Of a stretch of 64,000 bases of DNA, positions 1 through 15,711 are shown piece after piece. This stretch comes from Eledone cirrhosa (lineage: Eukaryota), in assembly GCA_964016885.1 (NCBI GenBank), contig OZ024747.1:16616001-16680000 (forward strand), given 5' to 3'. A program made the translations under genes and the position numbers. The notes under the pieces are model-generated. The model searched no databases. It saw only the letters and a program-made list of their open reading frames with translations, and had not been told where the DNA came from. The stretch's first letter is position 1. Each line of letters starts with the position of its first letter.

Positions 1-1213
1 GTATGTGCTTATGCATATGCATGTATGTGTGTGTATTTATCACCGGATGATTTCATTTCTTGTAAATACCAGTTATGTTTTACAGTACATATATACTAAT
101 CTAATCCTTTTAGATAACTTAACTGCCCAGAAGCTCTATATAGAAGCTTCACCAGAAAACATACGAATTCAGAAAATTAAGCCAAATAACAAAAGTTTTT
201 ATTTCATAATATATGAATCAGAATATTTTGAATCAAAGTATATATTGAATTATCCATATAAATAGCCAAGCATTGCTTAAATACTATATGTATTCAAGTA
301 TAATCTTACATATATGACAGCATATGGCTTCTTGAGTGACTGGAATATATTTAACACGAACGTGGTACTCATATACAGGAACAGTGTTGGTGTGAATTAG
401 AATTATACAGTAAATATGATATTGGTGCATTCAAAGTCTCTCCACTTTTAATATACTCTACCAGCTCTAATTGCATACACACAATACATTATAAATGCTT
501 CAACAGAAATGATCTCATGTTACTATGATTCAATTTGACAGCAAATACAATTACTCATTTTGAATCATCACAAAGGAAATAGATTCATTCATGAAAAATA
601 TATTTTTTGGATTATAATCAACCCAATACTAATAAACCTGATAGTCTCTCACATTGGTAAAAAAACTGAAGGTCAGTCACTGATGTACATAATCAATTGA
701 ATCGTCCTCACAAAACATCAATCCTGTGGCTGATTATACTACAGATAGCAGCCAAAATTAATTACACGTTACATTGCCAACTGAAAACAAATAATTATGT
801 AGTTCTTGATGTTGCAATGCATAATAAGGGCTATACTGGTATGAAATAACACCATGGATTTAAGAAGAACCTCAAAGTAATAATACCCTCAATGTAATAA
901 TAGTCGTGAATTGATATTTTTTCGGAAAAAAGATATTCAGGAGTTAAAATGTTTTCAATTATATATTTCTTGCAAATGAAGATGTGCCGGATCTCTGTAG
1001 ATTATTATTTACAATTTGAAACACAGTTGGGAGACGATTCAAGAAGTGACCAAACTGTATTGAACATTTGGATAGCAAGAACGTGGCAAATCATCTTGCA
1101 GCACATCACAAATACCACCATATCACAGAATTCCCTAATGATAATGTGTGTTCCGGATTCTCCAGTAAAAATATTATTGAGATTATATTAGACTTTACTG
1201 TATGTGAACGAAT

Positions 1214-1350
1214 AGCTAAATAATTGTTTCTACTTTTAGGCACAAAGCCAGCAATTACCCAGTGCATTACTGGTACTTTATTTTATCAACCCCATAAGGA
1301 TGAAAGGCAAAGTCAACCTCGGCGGGATTTCAACTCAGAAGCTAAATAAT
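1214..1350 (-). mobile_element. tRNA-derived SINE (cephalopod type, Meta/MESC-like central domain), 5'-truncated, with 11-bp TSD
   Basis: Minus strand reads ttctgagttgaaatcccgccgaggttgactttgcctttcatccttatggggttgataaaataaagtaccagt...gtgcctaaaagtagaaacaattat. TSD agctaaataat lies at 1214-1224 and 1340-1350. Confidence 0.85.
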
Positions 1351-1394
1351 GTATTCCCAAAACATATATCACATTTTTTTAAATATTGGTAATT

Positions 1395-1962
1395 GATTCT
1401 GCTTCCGGCATAAGGCCAGTAATTTGAAGATGAAATTAAATAGGTCTAAATCGAACTCAGTGCATTACTGGTACTCTATTTTATCGATCTCGTAGTGATT
1501 TAAGGTAAAGCTTACTTCAGCAAAGACTGATTTCAGAAAAGGGACGTAACTATATGCCACACAGTCTGATGTCCTACCCTCTACCGATACTACCAATCCA
1601 CACCCTATTTAAAGTAGTAATAAGGGTTTCTGACTTAGGCACTAGGCCAAATAGGTTAGCGGGAAGGGAGAAAGTTGATTGAATTGACCCCTGTACGTTA
1701 CTGGTACTTTATTTTATCCACCCCGTAATGTTGTAAGGCAAATCTAATCTCGGCGGTATTGATATTAGAGCGTTTTAGGCCGTAACTATATGCCACAAAG
1801 CACATTCTCGACGCTCTACCGATATTGTAAATCCACCACCTTATTAAAAGCAGTAATAATTGTTTCTACTTTTGGCACAAGGCCAGCAAGTACCGCAGTA
1901 CATTACTGGCACATTATTTCATCAACATCGTAAGGATGAAATACAAAGTTAATCTCGGCGGA
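1395..1962 (-). mobile_element. Three further head-to-tail copies of the same SINE (~1395-1605, ~1618-1842, ~1855-1962)
   Basis: Each repeats ggcacaaggcc...ctggtactttattttatc...aggcaaa...ctcggcgg. The first two extend into the tRNA-like head (ctctaccgata...aatcca). Confidence 0.8.
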
Positions 1963-2556
1963 TGATAAATAATCAGCAAAAAAATACATACAAATAAACT
2001 TGGTGGAAGGCAAACACTCAAACGTGTGACATCTATATTGAATGTACTGCCTAATCTGGCAGTTGAAACGTTCTGATCTCATTCTGCTTCATGAGTAGAA
2101 AACTTCACTTACCTAATAAAAAGAGAGAAAAGAAGAATTTTAAATGCACACGAAAGCAAAATAATTCTTCTGAAATAACGAAATGTTCAAGTATAATATT
2201 TCTCAACAAGCTTCGTTTTAAATATACATGGCGATTGTTTGCAATGATTGTCTCTTAAGAATTGGTATAGAGATACAAGAGAAAAGCAATTGCAGTACAC
2301 TCTATAAAAATATATAATATAACGTGACGCATTAATATGAATTAATATACAATATATTGAAAGCTCTTCTTCTTCTTCTTCGTCTTCTTCTTCTTCTTCT
2401 TGTTTATTTATATAATTTTTATTCACATAAATTTCTCTTCAAATAATAACTGTCTTGTGAGGTCGTAACTCTTACAAAACAGTTACCATCAAAATACGTA
2501 TACCAGCGATTATTTAATCAATACAATAATGTGATTTCTAACCTACAGGCTTCTAC

Positions 2557-2598
<42 letters not shown>

Positions 2599-4086
2599 GT
2601 CTTACTTCATATACTTAACTGCCATACATTCTCTATATCAGTTAAGTATATAAAGTTAGACGTTCACTACCGTTATACTTCTAGTAAAAAGTACATCAAT
2701 TTCTAGTAATTCTTATTTTCTCTTGGTCTTAGTCCCTCTTTAAAATTTTCTGAAAATTTAACAAGGCAAAAAATGGTATAATTTAAATAAGTCCAGATAC
2801 CGCATTACCATTAAAATATGAGTCTAAAACCTACGTCAAAACGTAAGATTAAAGAAAGCGTTGTTCTAATGCGCAACACAGAGATTTATAGTTCTTGTTA
2901 TTTACGCATGTATGTTGGTTGTGTATCAGCATAAGAAACGCAGAGATTAAAAATAAATTAGTTGTTTGTTTATAGGATGAAAGCGTTATCTGGGAAATCC
3001 GATTTGAGATCCAAAGCATGACACATTTCACAAAACTATCTTTCGCACCAAAAGCGTATTAGGGTGAGAGACGTTATTGCTATGCTTTGAAAAATATTAA
3101 GTATGAGATGATATTACTCTACATTCCATTGAAGTGTGTACTTAATTGTGCTCATTCTACTATGCTTATCGGTAGTCATGCTTGAATGTATGCCAAACAA
3201 ATACGTATAAATGTGTGTATCAGTGAAATCAATAAATATAAGTATACATGTCAGCAATAATAATGTACCCCCTTACTTAATAGTCATAATACACACATGC
3301 CTTCAAATGTATATATAATGGTCTTGATGTCGAATCATTTACATAAAAATGATGCACATAAATTCAAACATATACATGTGTTTGTGAGCATGACCATATT
3401 ATTATTCCGCATTACGATGTACAGATCCCATAAGGTACTTCCGAGCAATCAATGGAGCTTCGGTTTTGAATCGTTTTTCGGTCTCTTCTATAATTCCCCA
3501 TGTCATATGTCTTTCGGAAATTGTAAATACTTGATTCGAAAATGATTACAGCAACTTCGAGAGCATTCAGTTTTATGAATAAACATTTTATAGTTAGAAT
3601 ATAGTCTCACGCGCATCCCCGTTATATTTTAGTATGCCATGTCCAGCCACAGTAATGTAAAGTATTATGAAACATGAAGCCCCCAATGATCAACTACAAT
3701 ATAGACGGCATGACAGGCCTTGACTATTTGAGGCGACGGGAAACGCTCTCACTCCATTCGTTCCAAAGTGGCTGTGAGCGCTACATTATGTGTTGATGTA
3801 TAAAATATCCATCACCATTGCTCAAAAGATGTTGGCATCGTCTTTAAAATGTACCACTGAAAAATCAGACTAGCATGTCATAACAACATTACAGTATAAT
3901 TAAGTCACCTCAACACGTACTGCTCATGTTAACATCACATCAAAACACAAGAAAACAGAAACAGATCCTATAGAATGCAAAATGTCTTTTTACAAATTCT
4001 TCCAAGGAATTCCGGATGAACTCTTAAAAAATAATAGCTCTCAACATAACAGAGGTGCGAATCATGATTTGGTTGTCGTCAAAGTT

Positions 4087-4187
<101 letters not shown>

Positions 4188-6297
4188 GATAATTCCGATG
4201 AAAGATCCTTTCTTAGGATTAAAATTTGATTAGCGTGAAAAAGAACTAATTTCCATGCTGAATCAAATTTATCCAGTATGATCATCTCCAAAAATGCTTA
4301 ACGTTCAGCTAATTAAGCCTACATTTCCAGAGAGAATTATTGACTTCTTCTTTAGCATTCCACATTTATAAGGCTTATTAAAATAAAGGGATTGAAAGGA
4401 AAATACGTAATGTGATGATGTGAAGCATATTAAAAGTACTTTTCAAAAGATCTGTGACTTCAAATTGAGGTGTTACAATATCACAACTTCTCCTTTGAAG
4501 TCTTTGTACGACATGACACATTTTATTTAATTTTTAATAGGTAGAAAAGTTACATTATTATGTATAGTGTGGATAGAGATCGATAAGTGTCATTAAGAAA
4601 TGCTTTACCGTTTCTTAAAAGTAAACTTGCTTCAACTAAAATAAGCTTATGCTATCAATTAAAAATCCAGTATCGTTTGAATTTTACAAGATATTACATC
4701 AGTTTACCTTCAATAAAGATGTACTGAATTCTAACAATGACAAAAAATAGCCTATATTCAGAGTAGAAGTTTTATTAAATTTTAGTTTTATTAAATTTTA
4801 GAAACTAATGACTGCAAAATCAACGATAACAGATGTCTTCTTAAAACATAAAATGATGTGATTAAGTGGCAACCGACGTTTTGAGTTCTACACTTTTTCC
4901 ACCTCACTGCACATAGAGATATGAAGATATTATTAGAAATGTTATTACAAACATCTTTTTTTAAGAATTGTATTAACCGAAACTTCCGGAACTATGTTCT
5001 GAACCGTTCGACCTTGAAACTTCTAACATTTAAGAATGTTGCTATATTGTGATTTCATTTAAGAGTAAATGATGTTTGATTATTGATGATAGTTAAATAC
5101 AAACGTAAACAAAGAAAAAAAAGCGTTTACGTGTTGAAAGCAAATCAAAAGTGATGTTTTGACGTTTACAATTGAGAGTATAAAGTAAAGACTTATGTGA
5201 GACAAACATGTATCGAGTATGAATTAATTCGATGTGTCACAAACGTATTTTTTATTTTGTTTCATATTTATAATCAGCACGAGAATATAATTTTTACTCT
5301 TATGACAGGAGGTTTAACCTAATTCTGTTTATATGCTGTAAAAGTAAACATCGGAATAAAAATGTTAGACCAGAAACGAAGTTTTATGTCATGTATATAG
5401 CTAATGCGTTACGGAAATAAATTAACGATAAACATTTATATTCCCCATTCCAATACTTCACGAACGAGTGATAAGGCAATCGTTAATCTCCTTTGGGTGG
5501 TTCTAAATGAAGTCGCCTGTTTCAAAAATATTGTGATTCGATATGCCCATCAGTTGCCTTCAAACCACGCATTTTATTGCTATATCTTTGCAGCTTTCGG
5601 AATTGAAATGTAGCACAACACATTGTGTTGTGAAAACATAGATTCTGTTTTTAATCTATGATTTAATTAACCCTTCCCACTTCTAAACGTTTCCTCGTCT
5701 GCTCCCCCTTTTTTATTTCTATATATTTATTACCACCTGTTAGTTACTAACTCTCACTATATTTCGTCCTTTATCTTTGCTTTCTTGTTCTCGTTGAATT
5801 AGAATTATGTGTTAATAATTTCGTACTGAAGGGATTCGGTTCTTTGCATTCTGCGTTCAAATCAAGCTACGATCTATTTTGGGGATGATATGTTGTTTTT
5901 TCAATATTCCATAGTGTCGTATATTAAATGCTTTCTATAATGGCATTTTAAAGAAAGATATCAAAATTAGGCTTAATTTCATTCTAATCACACATATAAA
6001 TTCCGTTCCAACTGGCATTCTACAAGTAATATGCACTCCTTTTATTCATACTTTAATGAATATAAGAAACTATCATCTATCATTTACCCATTAAATAATA
6101 GATTTGACTTTAAATACGGACATTTTACTTTATTTATTATTCATTTTAATTATCTGAACCCTTCTTCTCAGATTGAAAGTGTACCTTCCATCTCTTCAGC
6201 GCAACGAGTGCAAATGTATTTTACTTTAATAATGGAATAGCTATTGGTACACAAAAATAAAACAAAATTAATGCTGTCAATATTGCAGAGACTCTCC

Positions 6298-6520
6298 TAA
6301 TAATGATCTCAGATTTAGGCACAAGGCCAACAATTTTAGGGGAGAGGAAAGTCGATGAAATCGACCCCAGTGCATGACTAGTACTTTATTTTATCAATCC
6401 TGTATGGAGGAAAGGCAAATCTAACTTCAGCGGGATATGAACTCAGACCGTAAAGGGTTGTAGCTCTGTGCTGCAAAGCATGGTGTCCGTAGCTCGATCG
6501 ATATTGCCAATCCAACGCCC
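6298..6520 (-). mobile_element. Near full-length copy of the same SINE
   Basis: Sequence taggcacaaggccaacaatttt...gtactttattttatcaatcc...gaaaggcaaat...gaactcag...gatattgccaatcc. Confidence 0.8.
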
Positions 6521-6821
6521 TCAGAGATTTCCTGACCACCATTGACTCGTAACCAGAGTCCACTACTTTGCCCCTCATTTTGGCCATCCGAAATTTTACA
6601 CACCATCCTACCCAAGAATTCACAAAATATTTTACTGAAGATCTCGTTCATGTCCTATTATACTAGCAATGGTTTTATCCATAAATTGAGCAAAGCTCTG
6701 CACTTGACAAATGCATATATGAATATCTGCCTGCTATAATTCATATGAACAATATATGGGATATTTCTTCTACATTTCTCTCTCTCTCCTTCTCTTTGTC
6801 TCTCTCTCCACACACAGGCAC

Positions 6822-7033
<212 letters not shown>

Positions 7034-7367
7034 CCCATTCAGTCTAACTAAGTGCATTAAAGTAAATAATCATATTATGTAAATAGCTGAAAGTTTCCAC
7101 AACACGTAAGCTATAATTTACGCTCAGATCTGCCCTAGGTGAATTGGGTTTCCTTATATTTGCGCTCGAAATCTATTTTACAAAGAAAATAGAAAATATA
7201 AGTATATGTTAGATGATACGTAACAATGAGCTATACGCTATTACATGTTAGGAAATATCTGAATATCTCAACTGAAAATATCAATAAATCTATGAGCTGT
7301 GAATGAATAAAATACGTAAATCTCTATTGCCCTGTCGGTGTTGTATCAATGCGAAAACAAAATGTAA

Positions 7368-7406
<39 letters not shown>

Positions 7407-7842
7407 AATTGGCGACATGCTTCAGTATAATCATGCCTGACGTGCATCGGCGTTAAAGGAAAAGAAATTAAGATTGTGTGACGTTCATGTCTTTTTGTAT
7501 AGGCATTAGCGAATTAATCTATATATTGATTTCTTTGTTACCTTGTCGTACGTATATATAGGAGTAGGGTTTTCGAGTTTCTTTTTCCTTCCATTTTCTC
7601 AATTGCATTAGCACAGGGAGTGAAGCGTATCGTTTTTGACAGAATAAACACCTGATCGTAGACACTGCTCCAAGATAACTTTGGTATCCTCCTGAACCCA
7701 CCAATGTCCTTTCCGAAATACAGTGTGCTGTATGAATATTTGTGATAATTTTTTTACTTTTTCTCATGTTATGGAGATGTCAGGATTTAATTCCTCCCCT
7801 ATCGAGTATAATATTCTAAAAGGATCTGCTATATATTCGTTA

Positions 7843-7897
<55 letters not shown>

Positions 7898-10800
7898 GAT
7901 AGAGAGTGTGCGAGGGAGAGAGGTAGTGAGGGAGAGAGATAGGGGGTATATTGCGCATAAAAAGAAGAAAGGTTTCATCCATTGACTACAATATCCAACT
8001 ATGTTATATATACATTTGTATCTAGTACATCATATCCACTTCGATAATGAATCTAGGATAAGTAAATGCCGCAAACCTTATGAAACTAACAAATTACTTA
8101 GTTAAACATTATCATAGTTACGTAAACGTAAGCTCGAGTACAATTTAATTCCGTTCCATACTGAGCTAAACTACAGAAAATATTGAATATCAGGAATGCT
8201 TTCCATTGTAGTTGTCAATGGTCTCTGGGGGATGTTTCGTTATTTGCTTGTACATCAGGCTGTTTGGTTTTATTATGGAAATTAAATCCATTTAATTATT
8301 TGCGCAAGCTGAACGAAGTGATTATAAATACACTTAAGGATATATGTGTCTAAATACGTATATGTGACTTTCCATTTATTTGCAATAATATGTTTTCGTT
8401 AATGCTATTCAGAATAAATAATTAAATACCTGATTGATGTAATAATTTATTTCCCTAACTCCTGAAACCACGAAGGACCAACTTCAGTGAATAACCTCGG
8501 AAAATATTTATTTACTCAGTTTGCATATGCTAGATTATAATATAAAAAATATATATATATTCTGTATCATAATGAATACGAATGTTTACTGTTCATATGT
8601 ATTACATTTGTAAAGATTGAACATCTCGTAATATAGAGCATACTCGATTTCAATAATTTCACCAAAGTACTGTGAAATCACAAATAATTTTATAGTGATC
8701 CTGTGCTTTTTAATTATGATTCATATTACATCATATTACATCATATCAGCATAATCACTTTGTCTTTACTGCAACATATTGACGATGAAGTGATGCAACA
8801 TCTTTCTCTACGTGAATATAGAAACGTAGGAAGTTTACCATATGATAAACTTGATGCTACGCAAGCCATTCGCGCAATTATGGTTTAAGAAATAACCAGC
8901 CATAAAATCAGCGTTGTATCTAATGCTAACCAAAAGCAGATATATTTCAAAGGCACCTAATACTGATATCAAAGTTAGTACATTCGCATTATGTTGATGG
9001 CGTTACATAAGTGGTACAGTAAAGTGGAGCAAGACGAGTATATGCAATTGGTTAGTGTTTTGGTTACTCATATTTTTGTTGACAGATACTGCTACACATT
9101 CCCACAAGAGAGAAATCGAATAACAATAAGGGCCCTGATATATATCTTTCTTAACGACGAACCAGGAAATTGGTAGATTCCAACAGTTTTAAACGTTGTG
9201 TAGTTGGAGGGAATTTTCAATAAAAAGGGATATAAATATACATGTATAATATATAGGTATGTAAGTATAGGTGTATCTATTCGTGTTCTCCTTCGTATAC
9301 ATATTCAGCCAAAGCATTAAGCATATTTTTAAATAAAAAAGAAATCTGATAACTCAAAACAAACAACTTTATGAAAACAACCATATCACACATGTACCAT
9401 GTATATTATGATTCTATAATTAATTCCATTCGGCGAAAAAGTATATCATGTATTGAATAAAACGAATTAAGTAATAAATACCAGTCATTATGTTTAAAAC
9501 ATAATAAAGAATTTAAACACACCACATTTCACATAAAATTCCGTATATCATTCAACACCCTCAGAAGCATTTGTCCATGAAGTAATTACTTTTGATTAAA
9601 AAGTCCTATATCAAAGGTTTTACTCGCCTATATGATGGATCTTTGTTGTAACAGCACTGAATGTTCAACGATCTAATATTAAGTGTTAAGTAAGCTTCCG
9701 TGCGAAAAGAAAATTGAATATATTCTACATAATTTCTGTTTGTCACTTATATCCTTTAAGTATAAAACATAACGAAGTGAAATGCTGCACTATGTTATGC
9801 AAATGAATTTGTATGAAATGACAACAGCGTTTGAAATTTTGAAATCGTTAATGTTGCTTTACATTTTTATTTTCTGTAAAGCAATCTATCAAAATAGTAT
9901 TAACATTTCACTGCACATAAATATGTACAAAACGACAAGCATTGCAGAGATTATATTGTAATATATGTTCATTCTCATTATTTTATTCACTTAAAAGGTG
10001 TCATACTTGGGGTGAATGGGAAAACACGTTTATATTATAGCTTATGTGGAATTAGGTATATATAAAATTGGGCAAATGTGCAGACAGGTTTCGATTTCAA
10101 ATCTCGCCTAATCAAAAAGACCGTTGTTGGGATTGATTTTAATCATTTCTTTCCTGCCACTATTTATCTGAATTGGATACGTTCCACTTTGAAAAGGGTT
10201 GTGGGAAATTAGAAACCACTTCGATGCAAGGTCCTACTCAGATTTATTTTTAAAGATTTCTTTACTTCTTAGTATAGAAACAAATGAAGTCCACCAGATT
10301 TCACCCCTCCAGAAAACTTCGTATGTAATCTATTTTTAGCATTAGGTACAGGATGTAATGAGTATCTATCATCTCCTTCATTCATAAATATAAATCTCTT
10401 TCTAAAATCTTCATGTTTGGCAAGAACGGTCATAGACATGCCTTTCTTATATATATTAGTGTGCATCATCTTATGAAAACTTCACTGAAATCAAAGCCGC
10501 TGCCACACCATCTGAGAATGTTTCGAATGTTCCTTATATTAAAACTCATTTCATGTATTATAGTGTGTTGATCAAGTAAAATTATATACACTCCAAATTG
10601 TAGATACCTTTCGAAACGTATCGTTTGTTCAAGTTAGAATCTATTTTGTTTCTAAACGAATCTTATAGAAACAATCAGCCTATTACATCCTCAGCCACGT
10701 AACACACATGACTAATAAATAAATTTCTAGAAAATGAAGAGTATCATGACATGCACCTCCTGCGATAATATGTGTTGAAGGAATTGTTCTAGTTTCAGTA

Positions 10801-11053
10801 GTTGCTGTAAAGGTTCGATTATCTATTTAGCCACAATGTACAATCTGGTGTAACCAAAACGGCCCATAGAAATATGATTTTCCTGGATATGTAATGTTAT
10901 TTTCTGCCCAAACTCAACAAGTTGTTTTAAATGTCACTGTAGATCAACGGATCCTTTTCGTGTATTACTGAGTGTTGAATGGAATAACTATATCACCTAT
11001 ATATTCCAAACTCATATATGTATATATATATATTTATATACCTACACAAACAC

Positions 11054-11091
<38 letters not shown>

Positions 11092-11127
11092 TTACATACA
11101 CACACATATATATATATAGACAGAGAA

Positions 11128-11167
11128 AAGTGTATCGACATTTCATACAATTCAGTGCTTGCGCATA

Positions 11168-11232
<65 letters not shown>

Positions 11233-11235
11233 ATG

Positions 11236-11266
<31 letters not shown>

Positions 11267-11310
11267 GTGTGTGTACACAAACACTGAAATGTATGAAATG
11301 TCGATATACT
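11128..11310. repeat. ~30-bp inverted repeat enclosing a (TA)n(TG)n microsatellite
   Basis: agtgtatcgacatttcatacaattcagtg (~11129-11157) pairs with cactgaaatgtatgaaatgtcgatatact (~11282-11310). Confidence 0.8.
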
Positions 11311-12235
11311 CTATTATATTCGACGTTATATTCTTTACAATTACAAATTTATAATGTATGATCAATCACGAATGACGAAGACAATTTACTAGCATTGAAT
11401 ATTTGCTAATTGCAATACAAACACTTAATTAAAAAATGCTTTCATGGTGTTATATATAATATATTCAATCTCAAATATAGAAGTTTTATTTTTTTCTTAT
11501 ATATTTTGTTGCATTTACAAAGCCTGAATTCGAAATGTAATGATAATTTTTCTTACGTATTCGGTAGCCTTTATGAAGTCGGAATTGGAAATGAAATTTC
11601 AAACAAAGAAGAATAATTACGGTAGAAATATATGTATAACAATGTACAATTAGCACTGTCAAAATTTCAATGCTAAACGATTTATCAGATTAGGTAACAG
11701 GCGTTCATATCAATGGTAGATGCATAACTGCGCATTTAACAGTTTCAAGACCACTTGATAACGAACTGGTATTAGTAGGGGTCCGTTTTGTTTCTGTGGA
11801 GCATAAAAATGTAGATGCGAGAATGTAATTGATCTGGTAATTGTTAGAGCCCATTATGTTAATAATATTTTGAATTTTAAGGGTTTCTAGGAATGTTACA
11901 TCAAGTTGTTGACACGCAAATATGTGTATAGAAACCATAATCACCCATGGCGGGGTGGGTGGTGAGAACATTGTATTAACCAATAAGTTTACATTTTCAA
12001 AGAATAATTTCCTTTCAAGTGTAAAAAGAATTCTACGCAACAAATATTTGTCTGTAGACGAACATAATGAATTTGTTTAAAGCTCTCTCACTGTAATATG
12101 TAAGAAGATATCAAAACATTCGGGTACATATATATAAATATATATATGTATGTGTGTGTGTGAGTGTGCGTGTAAAATACACACCCTTACACACAAACAC
12201 AAGTACATACATACACACACACACTTACACATCAC

Positions 12236-12324
<89 letters not shown>

Positions 12325-12432
12325 GAGAGTAAAACAAAGAATCCTTTAATACATCAATAGTTTTTATTAGCCGACTTTTATTGTGCTTGACTCAAACACA
12401 CTCCAGCATTCTAATCCTTATATATATGTATA

Positions 12433-12484
<52 letters not shown>

Positions 12485-12535
12485 TTTATTCCGGGTTCAA
12501 TCGGGGATAAACACAGTAAATAAGGAACTCAGTAC

Positions 12536-12588
12536 AAACAGGGGCTTTCTGATGATTCCTCCGGAATGAAACAGTTCTAGCCCTGTTT
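12536..12588 (+). ncRNA. Type I hammerhead-like motif in a ~120-bp island between two (TA)n tracts
   Basis: Sequence aaacaggggct-tt-CTGATGA-ttcc tcc ggaa-t-GAAAC-agttct-agccctgttt. Stem I is long and stem II has 4 bp, with mismatches next to the core. Confidence 0.6.
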
Positions 12589-12603
12589 AACCCATTTGTA
12601 TAT

Positions 12604-12701
<98 letters not shown>

Positions 12702-12785
12702 AAAGTTCTATTTAAATTGTTGGGATACAACAAGCAAATATTTTTATAACTGATATAAAGCACTCAACAAATAATTGGATTAAAA

Positions 12786-15711
12786 TACGATATTAACAAA
12801 TGGAAACTATATATATAAAACCATATTTATTTCATTATACATATTTCAAGGACACCAAGTTAAATTATGACGTGCTTTCATCAGATAAAATATAATATAG
12901 AGCAGTTTTATAAATAAATATTGACATACCCTTAAGAATGCAACCATTACTGTTGGAAGCTCCCGGATAGTGAAGTTATATCTTTAATTATACTATTACG
13001 TAAGTTAGTATTGGATATTTTTAAATAAGCCGTTGGGTTACGGAGAAAGAGAAAGAGAGAGAAAGAGCAGAACAGCAGAGAGAAAAAAAAGAGAGAGAGA
13101 GAGGAGAAAGAGAAAGGAGAGAGAGCGAAAACTCTAAGTCATATCTTGTTGAGTTATCTTAACATTTGAGATGAAATGAATAAATAAAATTAGAAATGTT
13201 AATAATCATGAATGGAATATACATATATAATATGAGAAATTTAACCATTGTTTAAATAAGATTAAATATTTAGTTAATCAGTTAAATATTGAGATCAATA
13301 CATTAAAAATTGGGATCTATATATTAAGAAACCTATATATTATTATTAAGACTATATTATTAAAAATCTCTATATTATATAACACATATACACACGCAAA
13401 ATTACATACATATAAATATATATACACAAGTATAAAAATATATATACATATCTAACTACGTATATAATATATATATACAAAATATAAAGGATTTAAGATA
13501 TAGGAATCTTATAAAATCAGAGAAAGTCATTTCAATGTAATATCAAAGCAGCGTGAAGGAAAGTTACGTTATTTAGTTATATAAAAGTTACAATTGTTAA
13601 GATATTAAAGGACATTTTATGTTATACACATTTTATGTTATTAAACAATTTTTTTTTATATAAGTTTTATAAGATGACTGTTATTGTATGTTTATTTGTC
13701 ACGAATCTTGGGATAACCCCTATAAATAAGTGCAATAGAATTGTATGGATATACACATATATATACATACACAATTCCCACATATATATACATATATGTA
13801 CCCACACAAATAGGTAGATATGCATCACATATATATATATATACATAGAGATAGACATACACGCATAAAACATATGTACATGTATATCAATACACACATA
13901 CATATATATACACACACATATAGAGAGACAAGTATATATAAATACAGTACATAGTACAATTGAAGTACATAAAATACAAAAGAATTATATTACGATTTGG
14001 AAATTTAATTATAAGCAATATAACTTTAAAACAATATAACTTTTAAAATATTATAGAATATTTTAAGTTATAATTTCAAAATAATAATATGTTTAATAAA
14101 TTTAGTATAAAAATGTTCTACCTATATTAAACTTAATTTTATATCCATAAGAAATAAAAAGAAACTTTCAAAAGATAAACTTTCGGAAATAGGAGGAAAC
14201 TATCAAAAAACTATCAACAAATATTTTCCCTTTTTAAGAGCTTTCAGTATATTTCTCTAGAATAGTTTATTATATTTATTTATATTTAGGAAGAAAATTT
14301 ATTTTTACTTGAGTGTATAAGTAGTAAAAAAAAAAATGAAAATCTAATGATTTATCGACAGGTTTAATATATTAATAGAATTAATTAATTAATTATATAT
14401 TACATTTTGAATTTATATTTAAACGTTGAGTTCAATATATGTCTACAGCAACTGAATAAATTGTTCCTTAGGTTCAGGGAATGTTTGGTCTTTAATATAA
14501 AGAATATTTCCTCTATACAATGATCACAATTTTCTGAAGAGGAGTTAAAAGGAGTAGCTTTTGAAATAATATTCCAAATCAACGAATATTCAACGTTCTT
14601 TAGTTTGAGGTCCCGTAATAAGCTAGATAGAGAAGTTGAAGATTTTTTGTTTGGATCTGTAAAAGAATGTTTATGATTATTGAAGCGGTTAAATGAATTT
14701 AAATTAGTTTTTACATTACAATTATATACTATATTTTTAGCTAAGTAATTGTTATTTAACGGACAGTTAGATTTATTTCTACAGTTACATTTATCAAATT
14801 GGATATTGCTTGGGTTATTAGTGGTATTTTGGTTAGGTTTTAAATTTCTATTATTAATTCTATTAATATTTTGCGCTAAATTTTTGGTGGAAGAATAAGT
14901 TAATTTTATAGTATGTCTATTAGAAATTGAGTAATATCTATGTGTTCTAAGGAAGCATTTGTCAAGAGCTTTAAAATAGGGGTTTTAATATTTAATGAGA
15001 AAGGAGAAGCGAACCATAATATGTTCCTAGTTCTATTTCTTTTTTCGTTTTCGGAATTATTGTAAGGTTTTCTATTATAGTTGTTAAAATTGTTAAAATA
15101 GTTAAAATTGTTACGATTATGGTTAGTTGTTATATTATTATTATTATCAATGTATTTAATTTTATTTCTATACCCAGCTCTACCTAACGCTTCGTTCTAA
15201 TAATGTGCTTTTTCATCAAATATATTATTATTAGCTGAAATTCTCGAAATTCGTTCCTGTACAGAGTTTACTATAGTATTTTTGACGGATCGGGGTAATT
15301 AGAGTTAAAATTGACGCAGTTTAAGTTCTCATTTAGTTTGTGAAATGGATAATGAAGACATTTGTTAAGGTTTAGTGTTACATCAAGAAAGTTAACTATT
15401 TTATGGTTATTCTCTATTTCTACTTTTAGATTAAGGTAATTAAAAAATTGTATCTTTTTCTATTTAGTTCACAGTTTTTATTTTCTATAAGTAAAAGCAT
15501 GTCGTCACGATATAAACCTCCGGTTATCTCAGGTATTTTCCTATGTAGAGAATTATTTATAAAGAGGCCCACAAGAATCGTTACCTGAGCGGCATCGGAT
15601 GATCCCATAGTTATATCGAAGTTATTATTTCTATCTGCCCTAGTCCAGATGAAATATATATAATGAAATAAATATGGTTTTATAAATGTAGTTTCCATTT
15701 GTTAATATCGT

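Noticed and set aside
300-1190. Possible ancient minus-strand LINE RT remnant (VLQDD..LAIQMFN)
   Set aside because: Only one weak motif was found, and it needs a profile search.
4190-4240. HHR-like ccgatga..gatcct/aggatt..aaaa beside a TA tract
   Set aside because: The core has several changes (no GAAA) and stems I and III cannot be drawn convincingly.
8850-9200. LMALHKWY peptide resembling a CENP-B/Tigger HTH
   Set aside because: Too short and degenerate to call by eye.
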